Assembly: GCA_009691335.1 (NCBI GenBank)
Contig: SICR01000001.1
Location: 1 to 52,402 of the forward strand
Direction: 5' to 3'
DNA from: Candidatus Zambryskiibacteriota bacterium
GTDB taxonomy: Bacteria; Patescibacteriota; Minisyncoccia; Phycocordibacterales; Zambryskibacteraceae
Length of the DNA stretch: 52,402 nucleotides
Made by a program: the position numbers and the translations under genes. Below are positions 47,665-52,402 of the stretch, one piece after another (positions within the stretch are counted from its first letter, which is position 1; each line of letters opens with the position of its first letter). The notes below the pieces were generated by a model. That model was given only the letters and a program-made list of their open reading frames with translations, did not search any database and was not told the origin of the DNA.

Positions 47665-47880
47665 TGTGCGTGGAGGCTTTTGCCGATTGACCTCGCTTAC
47701 ATCCCACATGTCCGACATGTGGGGAATTGGGGTTAGGCACCTTTTCTTGGTTGGCCCGGCTTTCGAGTAGTTTCTAAATTATACTTCTTTATTTACTTCT
47801 GTATCCACTGACCATCCCCGTATGGTTACAAAAGGTACCTGAGACCCCATTCACTCATTCACTTCATTCCATTCATACTA

Positions 47881-47975
47881 ACTTGTGCAACGTAATAGAG
47901 GACGTTAGAACTAGTTTAGCAGATTACGAGACTATTCCGTATATACCGAACTTAGCTGTTTGGGCGGAAAGAATG
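47881..47975. repeat. ~95-nt direct repeat, copy 1 (3' of glmS)
   Basis: The 37-nt core 47881-47917 is identical to 49938-49974. The following ~55 nt are about two-thirds identical. Confidence 0.85.
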
Positions 47976-47982
47976 GATAGGT

Positions 47983-49854
47983 CTATTCAACCGTAATCGA
48001 TTTGGCCAAACCTTCCGGTTTATCAGGATTTTTACCTTTCATCAGAGCGAGACGAAAGGCCAGTATTTGGAGAGGTAAGATGTTTATAAAAGGTGAAAAT
48101 TCCTCTCTGACCTCAGGAAGTTCAATATGAATATCCGCTGGGACATTGTTAGGATTGCCTCGAGTCACTAGGGCAATGACAGGAGCCTTTCGAGCCTGAG
48201 CCTCCTTAATATTAGAAATCATTTTATCTATCTGAGAAGACGACGTGGCGATAGCAACCACCGGCATATGCTTATCCAAAAGCCCAATTGGACCATGCTT
48301 CATCTCTGAGGCGGCATATCCTTCAGCGTGAATACCGGCAATCTCTTTTATCTTTAGAGCTCCCTCAAGCGCAATTGGGTACGATACTCCTCTTCCAATA
48401 TAATACGCACTTGAGGCATTTTTTAGTAATTCTAGAGCAAGCTTAATGTTCGGATTATCCAAAGAAAGCACTTCCTCAATATAAAGTGGGAGGGATTGTA
48501 ATTCCTCGAATAACTCTTGGTAACTACCTTCTGGAAGTACGCCTTTTATTCTTGCTAAGTGTAAGGAGAGCATCATCCCTACCGCCATTTGAGCAGTGAA
48601 GGTTTTTGTAGAAGCTACTCCTAATTCTCTGCCTGCTCGCAGGAAAATCCCTGCATCTGTCATTTCAGACATATGAGATCCTTCAACGTTGCAAATACCC
48701 AGAATTGTCGCCCCCAATTCTTGGGCGTGTTCGAGAGCTACGATTGTATCGGCCGTTTCTCCAGATTGCGATATTCCTATTACGAATGACCCATTACTAA
48801 CTAGAGTTTTTCTGTATCGAAACTCACTGGCCAATTCAACATTTACAGGAATGCCCGCTATAGCCTCACACCAATATTTAAAAAGAAGGGCAGAATTAAA
48901 AGATGTCCCATGAGCGACAATATGGAGTATTGACGCATTTGCCAAATCCTTTTCGTATTCCTTTATCCCTCCAAGGATGACGCTCTTGTCCCTAAGATCG
49001 ACTCTTCCTTGAAGAACATTCTCAATCATTCTCGGCTGTTCGTGGATCTCTTTATCCATCCAATATTTGTATTCACCTTTTTCGGTGGCATGTAGAGTAA
49101 TCTCTAATTTCTTTAATTCTGGTGTCTCCACCAATCCAGTTCTTGTATCCTCAACTATATATCCATCTTTGGTAACAGAGATAAGTTTGTGTGAAGGAAT
49201 AACTACATACGTTTGCGTGTAATGTGAGAATGGGTAAACTTCAGATGCGATAAAAAATTCTTTCTCTCCTTCATGTTCACCAACACCAATACGCATTGTT
49301 CGACCGCGAACTGCTCCGACAAAAACACCCGGCTCATCAAGTGATGCAACAATAAAAGCAAAAGTTCCTTCAACATTTTCCAAAGCACTCTTCATCGCCT
49401 CTTTTAGAGACAACTTTGACAGTTTCTGAACATATTCTATCCAGTTAACAAGCACCTCTGTGTCCGTGTCTGAAATAAGCTTTAGAGAAACTCCTGTCTC
49501 TTTCTCAATAGTATTTTTCAAAACAGAGTAGTTCTCAATGATCCCATTGTGAACGATGGCGAGTCGACCGCTTTGACTAAGATGGGGGTGCGCATTCCTA
49601 TCTTCCGGTGTTCCATGGGTCGCCCAACGATTGTGTCCGAAAGCGTATGAAGACTTAGGCAGAAGAGACTTACTAACAAGCTCCAGAAAATCACCCAAAC
49701 AGTCCTCTCCACCTTTCTTACGAATCTCAAATTTGTTGCCAGTAGACACGGCGACACCGAACCCATGATATCCTCGAGTTTCTGCACGCTTAAGAGCATC
49801 GATCACGATGTCAGGTGCATTTCTTTTCCCTATATAGCCGATGATTCCACACAT
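47983..49854 (-). CDS. glmS: Glutamine--fructose-6-phosphate aminotransferase
   Basis: MCGIIGY N-terminal nucleophile, two SIS domains (SQSGETADT), C-terminus ...KSITVE. Confidence 0.95.
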   Translation of the reverse strand: MCGIIGYIGKRNAPDIVIDALKRAETRGYHGFGVAVSTGNKFEIRKKGGEDCLGDFLELVSKSLLPKSSYAFGHNRWATHGTPEDRNAHPHLSQSGRLAIVHNGIIENYSVLKNTIEKETGVSLKLISDTDTEVLVNWIEYVQKLSKLSLKEAMKSALENVEGTFAFIVASLDEPGVFVGAVRGRTMRIGVGEHEGEKEFFIASEVYPFSHYTQTYVVIPSHKLISVTKDGYIVEDTRTGLVETPELKKLEITLHATEKGEYKYWMDKEIHEQPRMIENVLQGRVDLRDKSVILGGIKEYEKDLANASILHIVAHGTSFNSALLFKYWCEAIAGIPVNVELASEFRYRKTLVSNGSFVIGISQSGETADTIVALEHAQELGATILGICNVEGSHMSEMTDAGIFLRAGRELGVASTKTFTAQMAVGMMLSLHLARIKGVLPEGSYQELFEELQSLPLYIEEVLSLDNPNIKLALELLKNASSAYYIGRGVSYPIALEGALKIKEIAGIHAEGYAASEMKHGPIGLLDKHMPVVAIATSSSQIDKMISNIKEAQARKAPVIALVTRGNPNNVPADIHIELPEVREEFSPFINILPLQILAFRLALMKGKNPDKPEGLAKSITVE

Positions 49855-49937
49855 GTGCTTTATTGTATATTAAAATTTAATCCTTAGGTTCGAACCCAAA
49901 AATCCCTATGATGTCTAGGTACTTTAGAGAAATTTTC

Positions 49938-50032
49938 ACTTGTGCAACGTAATAGAGGACGTTAGAACTAGTTTGATGGATTATGGCACGATTCCCTACA
50001 TACCCAATTTGGCTGTTTGGATGAAAAGATGA
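49938..50032. repeat. ~95-nt direct repeat, copy 2 (5' of glmS, 3' of the next gene)
   Basis: See copy 1. The offset between copies is 2057 nt. Confidence 0.85.
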
Positions 50033-50058
50033 TTTACCCTACCCATCAATACACTACA

Positions 50059-50766
50059 TTAGATACATGTTTTTGTTCCGGGTCCGACATGCTCGATTTT
50101 GTCACCGTCAATCTTGATGGCTTGACCGTCTTGGAGAAAGTATATTTTCCAAGGATAGCTTATATGTGATTGCATCTGTTCCCTGAGCTTATTCGTTTTC
50201 TCAATATTCGCAGACAGTTCAACCTCTTTATTATGAGGAGATATTATGAAATCCACTATCCCTAAACCGACATGATCCAAATTCCACTCAGGTGTCCACC
50301 AGCCCAAACCTATATCGGGCGTAAGTAAGCAACTACCAGCACTCGCTCCGACATACACGGTGCCCCTATCTAAGATGTCTTTCAAATATGTATCTAGTTT
50401 AGCTTTCTTTGCCCAATCAAGTAACCAATTTCCATCGCCACCCCAAACATCGATAATATCGGCACTCTCTAGCTTTTTCTTTACTTCCATGGGATCCTCT
50501 TTTAAATCCGCAATGGCTACTTCATAGCCCTTACTTATAAAGTAATCATAGTCTTTCCCTTTTCCGTAATCTACATCGTTTGGACGAGTTAACTTTGCGA
50601 CATATGCACTTACTGGATCACCTTCTTTTTCAGGAACCCACTCGATAGGATCGCTGGCATTAGGAATAATTGCCACCCTAAGATTCTTGCGATCACCAAC
50701 AAGATCCAAAAAATATTTTTCAAGAGAAATGTCCAAAAATCCGTTTGATGTAAGAAGCATTTTCAT
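50059..50766 (-). CDS. Peptidase E-like (S51 / class-I glutamine amidotransferase-like fold) protein
   Basis: GASAGS nucleophile-elbow motif and the overall length fit S51 dipeptidases. This is a motif-level call. Confidence 0.55.
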   Translation of the reverse strand: MKMLLTSNGFLDISLEKYFLDLVGDRKNLRVAIIPNASDPIEWVPEKEGDPVSAYVAKLTRPNDVDYGKGKDYDYFISKGYEVAIADLKEDPMEVKKKLESADIIDVWGGDGNWLLDWAKKAKLDTYLKDILDRGTVYVGASAGSCLLTPDIGLGWWTPEWNLDHVGLGIVDFIISPHNKEVELSANIEKTNKLREQMQSHISYPWKIYFLQDGQAIKIDGDKIEHVGPGTKTCI

Positions 50767-50804
50767 ATCTAAAGTATATCAGTTCCTTCTCTCCTCAACC
50801 TAAC

Positions 50805-50834
50805 AAAAAATGACTCATACTTGAGCCATTTTTT
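50805..50834. terminator. Hairpin flanked by an A-run and a T-run, downstream of tRNA-Tyr
   Basis: aatgactca pairs with tgagccatt (one mismatch) across a 4-nt loop. Confidence 0.55.
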
Positions 50835-50840
50835 GAAGTG

Positions 50841-50924
50841 TGCGCCGGGCAGGGTTCGAACCTGCGTAGCCCATAGGGCGCCAGATTTACAGTCTAGTGC
50901 GATTGACCACTCCGCCACCGACGC
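50841..50924 (-). tRNA. tRNA-Tyr (anticodon GTA)
   Basis: Acceptor gcgtcgg/ccggcgc (one G-U pair), anticodon loop ctgtaaa, long variable arm, T-arm gcagg-ttcgaac-cctgc. Confidence 0.8.
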
Positions 50925-50992
50925 AATTCAGCCATTTTAATGGAAAACGATCGGACTTGCAAAAGTTCAAGTTTAAGGTATTCTAATAACCT

Positions 50993-51166
50993 ATGTCACA
51001 GGATCATCTGATAAAATTTGTCTCCGTAGGGGATGAAAATGGCGTGGGCAAGGGCCACACTTATTATTCGACCAAGAACAAGAAATCAGTCGAGAGAAAG
51101 CTTGAGTTTAAGAAATATAACCCGATCGTCAGGAAACATACGATTTATAAAGAGAAGAAAGCTTAA
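50993..51166 (+). CDS. rpmG: 50S ribosomal protein L33
   Basis: 57-aa ORF absent from the track: MSQDHLIKFVSVGDENGVGKGHTYYSTKNKKSVERKLEFKKYNPIVRKHTIYKEKKA. It matches the L33 core (YxTxKNK...KLExKKYxPxxRKH). Confidence 0.85.
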   Translation: MSQDHLIKFVSVGDENGVGKGHTYYSTKNKKSVERKLEFKKYNPIVRKHTIYKEKKA

Positions 51167-51291
51167 TCTCTACTTTGGCGGCTCTTTACGTTAATGCTTG
51201 GTGGCAAGAGTAGTGTATTCATACACGTATTATAGCCACATTCTGGTACTTTTTCCAGCAGATCTGATAATAATTCAAACTTATTGTTTTA

Positions 51292-51300
51292 TGATAATAT
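51292..51300 (+). promoter_or_regulatory. Extended -10-like element TGATAATAT
   Basis: It resembles the TGATAAAAT elements at 9232 and 39091 and lies ~170 nt upstream of the next ORF. Confidence 0.35.
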
Positions 51301-51307
51301 ACGGTTG

Positions 51308-51457
51308 TATCTAAATAGTGGAATGACCTAAACCTTTGGCAACAGGGGCATGGTCAAAGTCCTACAAAGCAAAAAACTCCTCGTGAGGAATGCTTTGTAG
51401 GCCCTGCCGGGAAACTGGCAGTGGGTGGCAGAGCCACCACCTTGCGAGGAGCTTTTT
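51308..51457 (+). promoter_or_regulatory. Candidate structured leader with competing helices and a U-tract
   Basis: An 11-bp helix (51361-71 with 51391-401) competes with a 12-bp helix (51377-88 with 51440-51). Two small hairpins lie between them, and TTTTT is at 51453-57. Confidence 0.35.
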
Positions 51458-51469
51458 ATATAAAAAATT

Positions 51470-52165
51470 ATGAAAAATAAAATAATAATATTTACACTAG
51501 TAATAGCCTTGGCTATTCCACAGATTGTTTCAGCCGTATGGTGGAATCCGCTATCTTGGTTTACTCAACAGAAAGAGACGTATCAACAGCCAAAAATTAA
51601 TTCTGTTACTACCTCTGCAACAAGTACTGTAGTTGAGCAGACTGATAAGCAAACAAAATCTGAACCCAAACCAGAAATAGTCACCAATACAATTATCAAA
51701 ACAATTCAGGTAGATAACCCAACCCTTTTAGCTCAAATAGAGCAGTCTAAGGCTCTTAACACTTTTCTACAGTCGAAATATGACGGTTTAGTAAATCAAT
51801 TAAATGAATGCAAATCACAAACTTCCGCTCAAACTACTACTCCATCACAGACAGATACTAAAAACATAAAACTTGTTGACATCGATACTAAGATTCTTAC
51901 CTTAATAAACACTCTTAAAAACAATACAGCCCCTTTTACTAATAGTGTTCCCAGCTATGCTGATGGAAAACTAGTTAACCCAAACCTACCAATTCCAGTT
52001 GATACAAATATAGTAGACCAAATTAACAATTACATTCAAGCGTACAAAATTGTTGATTCAAATTCACCAATTAAATCAATTGGAACAGGATTAACCAACG
52101 TAAATATTTTTGGTGTTTTAGATAAACTAATTTCAGATATGAATCTGTATATAAAATATAGGTAG
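51470..52165 (+). CDS. Hypothetical secreted protein
   Basis: Signal-peptide-like N-terminus (IIIFTLVIALAIPQIVSA), Thr/Gln-rich low-complexity region, low G+C. Confidence 0.5.
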   Translation: MKNKIIIFTLVIALAIPQIVSAVWWNPLSWFTQQKETYQQPKINSVTTSATSTVVEQTDKQTKSEPKPEIVTNTIIKTIQVDNPTLLAQIEQSKALNTFLQSKYDGLVNQLNECKSQTSAQTTTPSQTDTKNIKLVDIDTKILTLINTLKNNTAPFTNSVPSYADGKLVNPNLPIPVDTNIVDQINNYIQAYKIVDSNSPIKSIGTGLTNVNIFGVLDKLISDMNLYIKYR

Positions 52166-52169
52166 AAAT

Positions 52170-52358
52170 ATGGAAAAATTAAAACAATATAAGTACGTAA
52201 TAATAATAGTGCTAATGGTCTTAGGGCTTGTCTTCTATTGGTTTGAACTCAGACCTTATCAGGTTAAAAAAACTTGTTATGAGAAATCATACTGGTCCTC
52301 GTCTTATTCCAAAAATTCGGAGGAATACTCTGAATGTTTGAAAAGTCATGGGATATAA
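52170..52358 (+). CDS. Hypothetical small membrane protein
   Basis: One TM helix (YVIIIVLMVLGLVFYWF); 62 aa. Confidence 0.35.
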   Translation: MEKLKQYKYVIIIVLMVLGLVFYWFELRPYQVKKTCYEKSYWSSSYSKNSEEYSECLKSHGI

Positions 52359-52402
52359 ATCCTTCTAAGATGGATGAATGGAAAGCCATACCAATAATAC
52401 TT

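Noticed and set aside
47604-47982. A possible reduced RNase P RNA. The minus strand has GAAAGCCGGGC followed by GGUGCCUAAC, reminiscent of the conserved GGAAAGUCCGGGC and GGUGCCAGGUAAC segments.
   Set aside because: The other universally conserved RNase P elements (an ACAGAA...GGCUUA-type 3' strand of P4, and the P10-P12 region) are not visible. The resemblance is short. The tract is kept only as an unassigned ncRNA candidate.
47881-47982. A Tn7- or CAST-type insertion downstream of glmS.
   Set aside because: Only 379 nt separate glmS from clpB. There are no transposition genes, no Tn7-like terminal repeat arrays and no cas genes. The att-site context is mentioned only as background for the flanking-repeat finding.
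49855-50058. A possible glmS ribozyme in the 5' UTR of glmS (minus strand).
   Set aside because: Read on the minus strand, the region lacks the conserved glmS-ribozyme core elements as I remember them (a GC-rich P1/P2 pseudoknot and ACGAGG-type segments). About half of it is the direct repeat also found 3' of glmS. An Rfam scan would settle this.
51300-51460. SRP (4.5S) RNA, or a c-di-GMP or ZTP riboswitch, in the L33-downstream spacer.
   Set aside because: The conserved SRP helix-8 motifs (GGAA tetraloop with AGCA/GGAAGCAGCC loops) are absent, as are the conserved cores of those riboswitches as far as I can judge by eye. It is reported only as an unclassified structured leader.

Overview
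This is a compact bacterial chromosome segment. Hand-counted 60-nt lines give roughly 30-45% G+C. Housekeeping genes sit back to back: folD, trxB, ftsZ-ftsA, ybeY, rpsU, lepB, pth, rpsA, gyrA, frr, an rseP-like gene, proS, mreBCD-mrdA, greA, lysS, thrS, dnaE, rnhB, rpmF, nusB, rnc, smc, rnr, rbfA, infB, an iscS-like gene, clpB, glmS and rpmG. There are six tRNA genes. Several proteins are minimal versions: ThrRS and ProRS lack editing domains, SMC is 741 aa and IF-2 is 501 aa. Together with six tandem small pilin-like membrane proteins and a type IV prepilin, this suggests a reduced-genome, CPR/Patescibacteria-like organism; that is inference only. The genetic code looks standard, since TGA, TAA and TAG all end well-supported genes. 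No CRISPR array, transposase, integrase or rRNA gene was seen. The main signals are two short foreign-looking cassettes at about 58-70% G+C, each with its own consensus-like promoter and intrinsic terminator. Cassette 1 (16214-16946, minus strand) holds two small membrane-protein ORFs in one frame, separated by a single TAG. Cassette 2 (39600-40645, plus strand) lies inside a tRNA cluster. It carries two orphan genes, each preceded by a copy of the same ~96-nt structured leader; the leaders show compensatory stem changes and end in an identical 40-nt block covering the Shine-Dalgarno, the ATG and codons 1-6. Other oddities are listed as findings: a 48-nt tandem palindrome in frame inside gyrA, a 23-nt palindrome shared by a terminator and the iscS-like CDS, ~95-nt direct repeats bracketing glmS, a relic copy of the rpsA 3' end, heptamer and palindrome arrays, a NusB-Nudix-like fusion, and candidate structured RNAs. 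All functional calls rest on motif recognition by eye; no database search was run.
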